From Eledone cirrhosa (lineage: Eukaryota): DNA of 64,000 bases. Position 1 is the first letter of the stretch. Every line of letters starts with the position of its first letter. Where the stretch lies: positions 5,828,001 to 5,892,000 of the forward strand of contig OZ024764.1 in the NCBI GenBank assembly GCA_964016885.1, in the 5' to 3' direction. The notes under the pieces were generated by a model that was given only the letters and a program-made list of their open reading frames with translations, had not been told where the DNA came from and did not search any database. The position numbers were made by a program, and so were the translations under genes. Shown one piece after another: positions 27,501-39,600 of the stretch.

Positions 27501-30500
27501 TCATGTGTCTCAAGACATGGGATGTATTGATAGATGTAACTGACCGTGGTCATTGGAACACTTAGGCTGCCTCATGTGTCTCAAGACATGGGTTATATTG
27601 ATAGATGTAACTGACCGTGGTGGTCATTGGGACACTTTGGTTGCCTCATGTGTCTTAAGACATGGGATGTATTGATAGATGTAACTGACTGTGGTCATTG
27701 GGACACTTTGGCTGCCTCATGTGTCTCAAGACATGGGATGTATTGATAGATGTAACTGACCATGGTCATTGGAACACTTTGGCTGCCTCATGTGTCTTAA
27801 GACATGGGATGTATTGATAGATGTAACTGACCGTGGTGGTCATTGTAGCACTTTGGCTGCCTCATGTGTCTCAAGACATGGGATGTATTGATAGATGTAA
27901 CTGACTGTGGTCATTGGAGCACTTTGGCTGCCTCATATGTCTCAAGACATGGGATGTATTGATAGATGTAACTGACTGTGGTCATTGGAGCACTTTGGCT
28001 GTCTCATGGGTCTCAAGACATGGGATGTATTGATAAATGTAACTGACCGTGGTGGTCATTGGAACACTTTGGCTGCCTCATGTGTCTCAAGACATGGGAT
28101 GTATTGATAGATGTAACTGACCGTGGTCATTGGAACACTTTGGCTGCCTCATGTGACTCAAGATATGGGATGTATTGATAGATGGAACTGACCGTGGTCA
28201 TTGGAACACTTTGGCTGCCTCGTGTGTCTCAAGACATGGGATGTATTGATAGATGTAACTGACCGTGGTCATTGGAACACTTTGGCTACCTCGTGTGTCT
28301 CAAGACATGGGATGTATTGATAGATGTAACTGACCGTGGTCATTGGAACACTTTGGCTGCCTCATGTGTCTCAAGACATGGGATGTATTGATAGATGTAA
28401 CTGACCGTGGTCATTGGAACACTTTGGCTGCCTCATGTGTCTCAAGACATGGGATGTATTGATAGATGTAACTGACCGTGGTCATTGGAACACTTTGGCT
28501 ACGTCGTGTGTCTCAAGACATGGGATGTATTGATAGATGTAACTGACCGTGGTCATTGGAGCACTTTGGCTGCCTCATGTGTCTCAAGACGTAGGATATA
28601 TTGATAGATGTAACTGACCGTGGTCATTAGAACACTTTGGCTGCCTCATGTGTCTCAAGACATGGGATGTATTGATAGATGTAACTGACTGTGGTCATTG
28701 GAGCACTTTGGCTGTCTCGTGTGTCTTAAGACATGGGATGTATTGATAGATGTAACTGACCGTGGTCATTGGAACACTTTGGCTGCGTCGTGTGTCTCAA
28801 GACATGGGATGTATTGATAGATGTAACTGACCGTGGTCATTGGAACACTTTGGCTGCCTCATGTGTCTCAAGACATGGGATGTATTGATAGATGTAACTG
28901 ACCGTGGTCATTGGAACACTTTGGCTGCGTCGTGTGTCTCAAGACATGGGATGTATTGATAGATGTAACTGACCGTGGTCATTGGAACACTTTGGCTGCC
29001 TCATGTGTCTCAAGACATGGGATGTATTGATAGATGTAACTGACCGTGGTCATTGGAACACTTTGGCTGCCTCATGTGTCTCAAGACATGGGATGTATTG
29101 ATAGATGTAACTGACTGTGGTCATTGGAGCACTTTGGCTGTCTCGTGTGTCTTAAGACATGGGATGTATTGATAGATGTAACTGACTGTGGTCATTGGAG
29201 CACTTTGGCTGTCTCGTGTGTCTTAAGACATGGGATGTATTGATAGATGTAACTGACCGTGGTCATTGGAACACTTTGGCTGCGTCGTGTGTCTCAAGAC
29301 ATGGGATGTATTGATAGATGTAACTGACCGTGGTCATTGGAGCACTTTGGCTGCCTCATGTGTCTCAAGATGTAGGATATATTGATAGATGTAACTGACC
29401 GTGGTCATTAGAACACTTTGGCTGCCTCATGTGTCTCAAGACATGGGATGTATTGATAGATGTAACTGACTGTGGTCATTGGAGCACTCTGGCTGTCTCG
29501 TGTGTCTTAAGACATGGGATGTATTGATAGATGTAACTGACTGTGGTCATTGGAGCACTTTGGCTGTCTCGTGTGTCTTAAGACATGGGATGTATTGATA
29601 GATGTAACTGACCGTGGTCATTGGAACACTTTGGCTGCGTCGTGTGTCTCAAGACATGGGATGTATTGATAGATGTAACTGACCGTGGTCATTGGAACAC
29701 TTTGGCTGCCTCATGTGTCTCAAGACATGGGATGTATTGATAGATGTAACTGACCGTGGTCATTGGAACACTTTGGCTGCGTCGTGTGTCTCAAGACATG
29801 GGATGTATTGATAGATGTAACTGACCGTGGTCATTGGAACACTTTGGCTGCCTCATGTGTCTCAAGACATGGGATGTATTGATAGATGTAACTGACCATG
29901 GTCATTGGAACACTTTGGCTGCCTCATGTGTCTGAAGTCATGGGATGTATTGATAGATGTAACTGACCATGGTCATTGGAACACTTTGGTTGCCTCATGT
30001 GTCTGAAGTCATGGGATGTATTGATAGATGTAACTGACCGTGGTCATTGGAACACTTTGGCTGCCTCATGTGTCTCAAGACATGAGATGTATTGATAGAT
30101 GTAACTGACCGTGGTCATTGGAACACTTTGGCTGCCTCATGTGTCTCAAGACATGGGATGTATTGATAGATGTAACTGACCGTGGTCATTGGAACACTTT
30201 GGCTGCCTCATGTGTCTCAAGACATGGGATGTATTGATAGATGGAACTGACCGTGGTCATTGGAGCACTTTGGCTGCCTCATGTGTCTCAAGACATAGGA
30301 TGTATTGATAGATGTAACTGACCGTGGTCATTGGAACACTTTGGCTGCCTCATGTGTCTCAAGACATGGGATGTATTGATAGATGGAACTGACCGTGGTC
30401 ATTGGAACACTTTGGCTGCCTCATGTGTCTCAAGATGTAGGATGTATTGATAGATGTAACTGACCGTGGTCATTGGGACACTTTGGCTGCCTCATGTGTC

Positions 30501-31714
30501 TCAAGATGTAGGATGTATTGATAGATGTAACTGACCGTGGTCATTGGAACACTTTGGCTGCCTCATGTGTCTCAAGATGTATTGATAGATGTAACTGACC
30601 GTGGTCATTGGAACACTTTGGCTGCCTCATGTGTCTCAAGACATGGGATGTATTGATAGATGTAACTGACCGTGGTCATTGGGACACTTTGGCTGCGTCG
30701 TGTGTCTCAAGACATGGGATGTATTGATAGATGGAACTGACCGTGGTGGTCATTGGAGCACTTTGGCTGTCTCATGGGTCTCAAGATGTAGGATGTATTG
30801 ATAGATGGAACTGACCGTGGTCATTGGAACACTTTGGCTGCCTCATGTGTCTCAAGACATGGGATGTATTGATAGATGGAACTGACCGTGGTGGTCATTG
30901 GAGCACTTTGGCTGTCTCATGGGTCTCAAGATGTAGGATGTATTGATAGATGTAACTGACCGTGGTCATTGGGACACTTTGGCTGCCTCATGTGTCTCAA
31001 GACATGGGATGTATTGATAGATGGAACTGACCGTGGTCATTGGAACACTTTGGCTGCCTCATGTGTCTCAAGACACGGGATGTATTGATAGATGGAACTG
31101 ACCTTGGTCATTGGAACACTTTGGCTGCCTCATGTGTCTCAAGACATGGGATGTATTGATAGATGGAACTGACCGTGGTCATTGGAACACTTTGGCTGCC
31201 TCGTGTGTCTCAAGACATGGGATGTATTGATAGATGGAACTGACCGTGGTCATTGGAACACTTTGGCTGCCTCATGTGTCTCAAGACATGGGATGTATTG
31301 ATAGATGGAACTGACCGTGGTCATTGGAACACTTTGGCTGCCTCGTGTGTCTCAAGACATGGGATGTATTGATAGATGGAACTGACCGTGGTCATTGGGA
31401 CACTTTGGCTGCCTCGTGTGTCTCAAGATGTGGGATGTATTGATAGATGGAACTGACCGTGGTCATTGGGACACTTTGGTTGTCTCATGTGTCTCAAGAC
31501 ATGGGATGTATTGATAGATGGAACTGACCGTGGTCATTGGGACACTTTGGCTGCCTCATGTGTCTCAAGACATGGGATGTATTGATAGATGGAACTGACC
31601 GTGGTCATTGGAACACTTTGGCTGCGTCGTGTGTCTCAAGACATGGGATGTATTGATAGATGTGACTGACCATGGTCATTGGAACACTTTGGCTGCCTCA
31701 TGTGTCTGAAGTCA
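24576..31714. repeat. 71-bp satellite, about 100 copies
   Basis: Unit cctcatgtgtctcaagacatgggatgtattgatagatgtaactgaccgtggtcattggaacactttggctg. Confidence 0.97.
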
Positions 31715-31897
31715 AGTCTAAGTAAGATTTGAGATACAATATTTAGTAAAAGATCTACCAACTATAAACAATATCTTTCAGTACTTGGAGGTTACAAAAA
31801 GATTCAACAGAGAAACTTCTAGATGCTTTACAGCTTCCCTTGTTTTCCTTTTTTAATGCTTATTCTTCTTCCCATTGGCCTTCCCTGTTTAACCTTT

Positions 31898-32958
31898 TAA
31901 CATTTACATTACTCTATATATACTATTATATTTTCACAGTAAAGTCTTTACCTCACATAATATCTCACATAACATTTACATTACTCTATATATACTATTG
32001 TATTTTCACAGTAAAGGCTTTACCTCACATAATATCTCCCATAACATTTACATTACTCTATATATACTATTGTATTGTCACAGTATAGGCTTTACCTCAC
32101 ATAATATCTCACATACTATTGTATTTTCACAGTAAAGGCTTTACCTCACATAATACCTCACATAACATTTACATTACTCTATATATACTATTGTATTTTC
32201 ACAGTAAAGACTTTACCTCACATAATATCTCACATAACATTTACATTACTCTATATATACTATTGTATTGTCACAGTAAAGGCTTTACCTCTCATAATAT
32301 CTCACACAACATTTACATTACTCTATATATACTATTGTATTGTCACAGTAAAGGCTTTACCTCTCATAATATCTCACATAACATTTACATTACTCTATAT
32401 ATACTATTGTATTGTCACAGTAAAGGCTTTACCTCACATAATATCTCACATAACATTTACATTACTCTATATATACTATTGTATTTCCACAGTAAAGGCT
32501 TTACTTCACATAATATCTCACATAACATTTACATTACTCTATATATACTATTGTATTTCCACAGTAAAGGCTTTACTTCACATAATATCTCACATAACAT
32601 TTACATTACTCTATATATACTATTGTATTGTCACAGTAAAGGCTTTACCTCACATAATATCTCACATAACATTTACATTACTCTATATATACTGTTGTAT
32701 TGTCACAGTAAAGGCTTTACCTCACATAATATCTCACATAACATTTACATTACTCTATATATACTGTTGTATTTTCACAGTAAAGGCTTTACCTCACATA
32801 ATATCTCACATAACATTTACATTACTCTATATATACTATTGTATTGTCACAGTAAAGGCTTTACCTCACATAATATCTCACATAACATTTACATTACTCT
32901 ATATATACTATTGTATTGTCACAGTAAAGGCTTTACTTCACATAATATCTCACATAAT
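31898..32958. repeat. 72-bp AT-rich minisatellite
   Basis: Unit catttacattactctatatatactattgtattttcacagtaaaggctttacctcacataatatctcacataa; sister array at 46389-48262. Confidence 0.95.
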
Positions 32959-33081
32959 ACCAAATATATGAGATTTTGATATTATTATTCAATTATTATA
33001 TTTTGATATAGGGTGGTGGCCCCAAAAGTTTGAGAACTTCTGCTCTATTTGGGCGGTTAAATTGATTAAATTTATACTTAC

Positions 33082-33190
33082 TGTCCTTCAAATTTCCATT
33101 TGAGCCATTGTCCAGTGGTAAACTTGTACTCAAACAGGTCATTTTTGTTGGTCAAGTTAGAGTTGGAGTGTATGTCTCCCGTATAACCAC
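33082..33190 (-). CDS. LZTR1: LZTR1 coding exon 5 ([35 protein letters not shown])
   Basis: tttcag acceptor, gtaagt donor, 109 nt, phase 1/2. Confidence 0.97.
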
Positions 33191-33242
33191 CTGAAAGTAC
33201 AATATAACATAATATAGTACAATATAATATAATATAATATAG

Positions 33243-34034
33243 CAGGTATGTCAAACATGCGGCCCTTTACAGGCACACCTGCGGCCCGCACAAAGGTTTT
33301 TACAGCACGAACATGTTTTATCTTCGTAAAATTATTTGTAATGTGCAGAATTAGTGGTTTTTTGTGGCCCTCAGACAACACATCTGTGACCCATGTGGCC
33401 CTCAGACAACACATCTGTGACCCATGTGGTCCTCAGACAATACGTGTGCCCCATGTAGCCCTCAGACAACACATCTGTGACCATGTGGCCTTCAGACAAC
33501 ACATATGTGACCATGTGGCCCTCAGACAACACATCTGTGACCCATGTGGTCCTCAGACAACACATCTGTGACCCATGTGGTCCTCAGACAATACGTGTGC
33601 CCCATGTAGCCCTCAGACAACACATCTGTGACCATGTGGCCTTCAGACAACACATATGTGACCATGTGTCCCTCAGACAACACATCTGTGACCATGTGGG
33701 CCTCAGACAACACATATGTGACCATGTGACCCTCAGACAACACATATGTGACCATGTGGCCCTCAGACAACACATATGTGACCATGTGTCCCACAGACAA
33801 CACATCTGTGACCATGTGGCCCTCAGACAACACATTAGTTGTTTTGTGTGGCCCTCAGACAACACATCTGTGACCCATGTGGCCTTCAGACAACACATCT
33901 GTGACCCATGTGGCCCCCCAGACAACACATGTGGCCCTCAGACAACACATTAGTAGTTTTGTGTGGCCCTCAGACAACACATGTGACCCATGTGACCCTC
34001 AGACAACACATATGTGACCCATGTGGCATGCCTG
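33243..34034. mobile_element. hAT-like MITE with an internal ~30-bp tandem expansion
   Basis: Ends CAGGTATGTCAAACATGCGGCCC ... GGCATGCCTG (imperfect TIR); internal ggccctcagacaacacatctgtgacc(c)atgt units; 8-bp TSD matches only 5/8. Confidence 0.6.
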
Positions 34035-34091
34035 TAGTATTTATAATATAATATAGTACAATATAATATAATATAGTATAATATAGTATAC

Positions 34092-34460
34092 TCATCATCA
34101 TCATCATTTTGCGTCCACTTTTCCCTGCTTGCAAGGGTTGGACAGGTCCTATTCAGCACAGCATCTCTCCACTAGTCACGGTCTTTCATCATCTCCTCCA
34201 TGAGTTTCAGCAATCTGAGGACTGCTCTCACCACCTCCGCCCATGTTTTTCGTGGTCTTCCCTCTATTGGGATTTCTTGGCACTTCTTTACCCAGCAGTC
34301 ATCCTCCATGCGCATCACATGTCCATACCACCGCAGTCTCCTCTCCCACACACTACAATTTATCCCTCTCAGACACAGTTTCTCTCTCAACACATCCATG
34401 CTCGGTCGTTCACGCACATTGACATTGCACATCCAACGGAGCATGCTTGCCTCATTTACT
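34092..34460 (-). mobile_element. RTE-clade LINE 3' fragment
   Basis: Translates EASMLRWMC...RRLRWYGHVMRM...GRPRKTW; (ATG)n tail. Confidence 0.85.
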
Positions 34461-34489
34461 ATACTTTTCAATTTACGTATCATATATAT

Positions 34490-34820
34490 CATCATCATTT
34501 TTACGTCTACTTTTCCCTGCCTGCAAGGGTGGGACGGGAACTGATTCTGACTTGATTTCTACAGCTGGATGCCCTTCCTAACACCAACCTCATTTAAGTG
34601 AGTGGTGGGTGCTTTTTTGCCGTGGCACCTCCACGACCACTTTACAGTGGAATAATAGGGACCCCAGTCCTATCATCTCATTTCTACAACTGAGTAAACT
34701 GGAGCAATGTGAAATAAAGTGTCTTGCTCAAGGAAACAACACATCACCCGGTCCGAGAATTGAACTCACAACCTTTCGATTGCAAGCCCAATGCTCTAAC
34801 CACTAAGCCATGTGCCTATA
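34490..34820 (-). mobile_element. tRNA-head SINE with CORE-like middle and RTE-type tail
   Basis: Reverse-complement copy of 42175-42525. Confidence 0.85.
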
Positions 34821-34834
34821 TACATATATATTTG

Positions 34835-36245
34835 CGTAGTGTGCGGGAGAGAAGACTGCGTTGGTATGGACATGTGATGCACATGGGGGTTGACCGCTGG
34901 GTAAAGGAGTGCCAGGAAGTCCAGTGGAAGGAAGACGCAGTAGAGGTAGACCACGAAAATCATGGGCGGAGGTGGCGAGAGCAGACCTCAGATTGCTGGA
35001 TCTCACGGAGGAGATGACGAAGGACTGTGACAAGTGGAGAGATGCTGTGCTGAATAGGACTGTGACAAGTGGAGAGATGCTGTGCTGAATAGGACTGTGA
35101 CAAGTGGAGAGGTGCTGAATAGGACTGTGACAAGTGGAGAGATGCTGAATAGGACTGTGACAAGTGGAGAGATGCTGAATAGGACTGTGACAAGTGGAGA
35201 GATGCTGTGCTGAATAGGACTGTGACAAGTGGAGAGATGCTGAATAGGACTGTGACAAGTGGAGAGATGCTGTGCTGAATAGGACTGTGACAAGTGGAGA
35301 GATGCTGAATAGGACTGTGACAAGTGGAGAGATGCTGTGCTGAATAGGACTGTGACAAGTGGAGAGATGCTGTGCTGAATAGGACTGTGACAAGTGGAGA
35401 GGTGCTGTGCTGAATAGGACTGTGACAAGTGGAGAGATGCTGTGCTGAATAGGACTGTGACAAGTGGAGAAATGCTGAATAGGACTGTGACAAGTGGAGA
35501 GATGCTGAATAGGACTGTGACAAGTGGAGAGATGCTGTGCTGAATAGGACTGTGACAAGTGGAGAGATGCTGTGCTGAATAGGACTGTGACAAGTGGAGA
35601 GGTGCTGTGCTGAATAGGACTGTGACAAGTGGAGAGATGCTGAATAGGACTGTTACAAGTGGAGAGATGCTGTGCTGAATAGGACTGTGACAAGTGGAGA
35701 GGTGCTGAATAGGACTGTGACAAGTGGAGAGATGCTGTGCTGAATAGGACCGTGACAAGTGGAGAGATGCTGTGCTGAATAGGACTGTGACAAGTGGAGA
35801 GATGCTGTGCTGAATAGGACCGTGACAAGTGGAGAGATGCTGTGCTGAATAGGACCGTGACAAGTGGAGAGATGCTGTGCTGAATAGGACTGTGACAAGT
35901 GGAGAGGTGCTGAATAGGACTGTTACAAGTGGAGAGATGCTGTGCTGAATAGGACTGTGACAAGTGGAGAGGTGCTGTGCTGAATAGGACTGTGACAAGT
36001 GGAGAGGTACTGTGCTGAATAGGACTGTGACAAGTGGAGAGATGCTGAATAGGACTGTGACAAGTGGAGAGATGCTGTGCTGAATAGGACTGTGACAAGT
36101 GGAGAGATGCTGTGCTGAATAGGACTGTGACAAGTGGAGAGATGCTGTGCTGAATAGGACCGTGACAAGTGGAGAGATGCTATGCTGAATAGGACCCGTC
36201 CAACCCTTGCAAGTAGAGAAAAGTGGGTGTAAAATGATGATGATG
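34835..36245 (+). mobile_element. RTE 3' fragment containing a 38/33-bp tandem expansion (35021-36200)
   Basis: RRLRWYGHVM motif upstream, aggactgtgacaagtggagagatgct(gtgct)gaat units, RTE tail downstream. Confidence 0.88.
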
Positions 36246-36566
36246 TGTGTATAATATCAATATGCACACTACATACACTAGCAGAAAACAGCCCAGGGGT
36301 CAGTTTTTCTGTTACCTTTGCTAATGTGGTTTCATGTAGTTTTTAAATTTAAATGTTTTCAGTAACTTTACTGGTGGACAGATTGCTATGAAAATTTACA
36401 GTATTAGCGTAAAAACTTTAATTTTTAATGTCTTATTGTCATAGTGATGTTTAGTACTTTTCAAGAATGTCTTGCTAAAGAGGTTTGTTAATTCAGATGT
36501 TTATAGTATCAGTGGTGTGTGTAAATGTGAAATAAAAGGAAACAAGCTATAAAAGTTATACTTTAC

Positions 36567-36646
36567 CGAATACAAACATGCTTTGGTCATAAACCACAGT
36601 AGAATGGTGGTAGCGTTGGAGTGGTGGTGTCCCTGTGGTGAAGGCT
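36567..36646 (-). CDS. LZTR1: LZTR1 coding exon 4 ([28 protein letters not shown])
   Basis: aactag acceptor, gtaaag donor, 80 nt, phase 2/1; matches [27 protein letters not shown]. Confidence 0.96.
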
Positions 36647-39600
36647 CTAGTTGGATTGGAGACAGAGAAGAGAAGGTGTTAGGCTTATGTTACTGTAAAT
36701 AGATGGAAGGTGTGTCTATGTCTGTGTCTACAGAATCGTTGTAGTGTTGGAGTGGTGGTGTCCCTGTAGTGAAGGCCACGGTTGGATTGGAGACAGAGAA
36801 GAGAAGGTGTTAGGCTTATGTCACTGTAAATAGATGGAAGGTGTGTCTATGTCTGTGTCTACAGAATCGTTGTAGTGTTGAAGTGGGAATGTCTCTGTAG
36901 TGAAGGCCACGGTTGGATTGGAGACAGAGAAGAGAAGGTGTTAGGCTTATGTCACTGTAAATAGATGGAAGGTGTGTCTATGTGTATGTCTGTGTCTACA
37001 GAATCGTTGTAGTGTTGGAGTGGGAATGTCTCTGTAGTGAAGGCCACGGTTGGATTGGAGACAGAGAAGAGAAGGTGTTAGGCTTATGTCGCTGTAAATA
37101 GATGGAAGGTGTGTCTATGTGTATGTCTGTGTCTACAGAATCGTTGTAGTGTTGGAGTGGGAATGTCTCTGTAGTGAAGGCCACGGTTGGATTGGAGACA
37201 GAGAAGAGAAGGTGTTAGGCTTATGTCACTGTAAATAGATGGAAGGTGTGTCTATGTGTATGTCTGTGTCTACAGAATCGTTGTAGTGTTGGAGTGGGAA
37301 TGTCTCTGTAGTGAAGGCCACGGTTGGATTGGAGACAGAGAAGAGAAGGTGTTAGGCTTATGTCACTGTAAATAGATGGAAGGTGTGTCTATGTGTATGT
37401 CTGTGTCTACAGAATCGTTGTAGTGTTGGAGTGGGAATGTCTCTGTAGTGAAGGCCACGGTTGGATTGGAGACAGAGAAGAGAAGGTGTTAGGCTTATGT
37501 CACTGTAAATAGATGGAAGGTGTGTCTATGTGTATGTCTGTGTCTACAGAATCGTTGTAGTGTTGGAGTGGGAATGTCTCTGTAGTGAAGGCCACGGTTG
37601 GATTGGAGACAGAGAAGAGAAGGTGTTAGGCTTATGTCACTGTAAATAGATGGAAGGTGTGTCTATGTGTATGTCTGTGTCTACAGAATCGTTGTAGTGT
37701 TGGAGTGGGAATGTCTCTGTAGTGAAGGCCACGGTTGGATTGGAGACAGAGAAGAGAAGGTGTTAGGCTTATGTCACTGTAAATAGATGGAAGGTGTGTC
37801 TATGTCTGTGTCTACAGAATCGTTGTAGTGTTGGAGTGGGAATGTCTCTGTAGTGAAGGCCACGGTTGGATTGGAGACAGAGAAGAGAAGGTGTTAGGCT
37901 TATGTCACTGTAAATAGATGGAAGGTGTGTCTATGTGTATGTCTGTGTCTACAGAATCGTTGTAGTGTTGGAGTGGGAATGTCTCTGTGGTGAAGGCCAC
38001 GGTTGGATTGGAGACAGAGAAGAGAAGGTGTTAGGCTTATGTCACTGTAAATAGATGGAAGGTGTGTCTATGTGTATGTCTGTGTCTACAGAATCGTTGT
38101 AGTGTTGGAGTGGGAATGTCTCTGTAGTGAAGGCCACGGTTGGATTGGAGACAGAGAAGAGAAGGTGTTAGGCTTATGTCACTGTAAATAGATGGAAGGT
38201 GTGTCTATGTGTATGTCTACAGAATCGTTGTAGTGTTGGAGTGGGAATGTCTCTGTAGTGAAGGCCACGGTTGGATTGGAGACAGAGAAGAGAAGGTGTT
38301 AGGCTTATGTCACTGTAAATAGATGGAAGGTGTGTCTATGTGTATGTCTGTGTCTACAGAATCGTTGTAGTGTTGGAGTGGGAATGTCTCTGTAGTGAAG
38401 GCCACGGTTGGATTGGAGACAGAGAAGAGAAGGTGTTAGGCTTATGTCACTGTAAATAGATGGAAGGTGTGTCTATGTCTGTGTCTACAGAATCGTTGTA
38501 GTGTTGAAGTGGGAATGTCTCTGTAGTGAAGGCCACGGTTGGATTGGAGACAGAGAAGAGAAGGTGTTAGGCTTATGTCACTGTAAATAGATGGAAGGTG
38601 TGTCTATGTCTGTGTCTACAGAATCGTTGTAGTGTTGAAGTGGGAATGTCTCTGTAGTGAAGGCCACGGTTGGATTGGAGACAGAGAAGAGAAGGTGTTA
38701 GGCTTATGTCACTGTAAATAGATGGAAGGTGTGTCTATGTGTATGTCTGTGTCTACAGAATCGTTGTAGTGTTGGAGTGGGAATGTCTCTGTAGTGAAGG
38801 CCACGGTTGGATTGGAGACAGAGAAGAGAAGGTGTTAGGCTTATGTCACTGTAAATAGATGGAAGGTGTGTCTATGTGTATGTCTGTGTCTACAGAATCG
38901 TTGTAGTGTTGGAGTGGGAATGTCTCTGTAGTGAAGGCCACGGTTGGATTGGAGACAGAGAAGAGAAGGTGTTAGGCTTATGTCACTGTAAATAGATGGA
39001 AGGTGTGTCTATGTGTATGTCTGTGTCTACAGAATCGTTGTAGTGTTGGAGTGGGAATGTCTCTGTAGTGAAGGCCACGGTTGGATTGGAGACAGAGAAG
39101 AGAAGGTGTTAGGCTTATGTCACTGTAAATAGATGGAAGGTGTGTCTATGTGTATGTCTGTGTCTACAGAATCGTTGTAGTGTTGAAGTGGGAATGTCTC
39201 TGTGGTGAAGGCCACGGTTGGATTGGAGACAGAGAAGAGAAGGTGTTAGGCTTATGTCACTGTAAATAGATGGAAGGTGTGTCTATGTGTATGTCTGTGT
39301 CTACAGAATCGTTGTAGTGTTGGAGTGGGAATGTCTCTGTAGTGAAGGCCACGGTTGGATTGGAGACAGAGAAGAGAAGGTGTTAGGCTTATGTCACTGT
39401 AAATAGATGGAAGGTGTGTCTATGTGTATGTCTGTGTCTACAGAATCGTTGTAGTGTTGGAGTGGGAATGTCTCTGTAGTGAAGGCCACGGTTGGATTGG
39501 AGACAGAGAAGAGAAGGTGTTAGGCTTATGTCACTGTAAATAGATGGAAGGTGTGTCTATGTGTATGTCTGTGTCTACAGAATCGTTGTAGTGTTGAAGT

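Noticed and set aside
14601-31714. CRISPR-like or true telomeric arrays
   Set aside because: There are no unique spacers or cas genes and the context is a eukaryotic intron. CCCTAA occurs singly per unit, not as (TTAGGG)n tracts.
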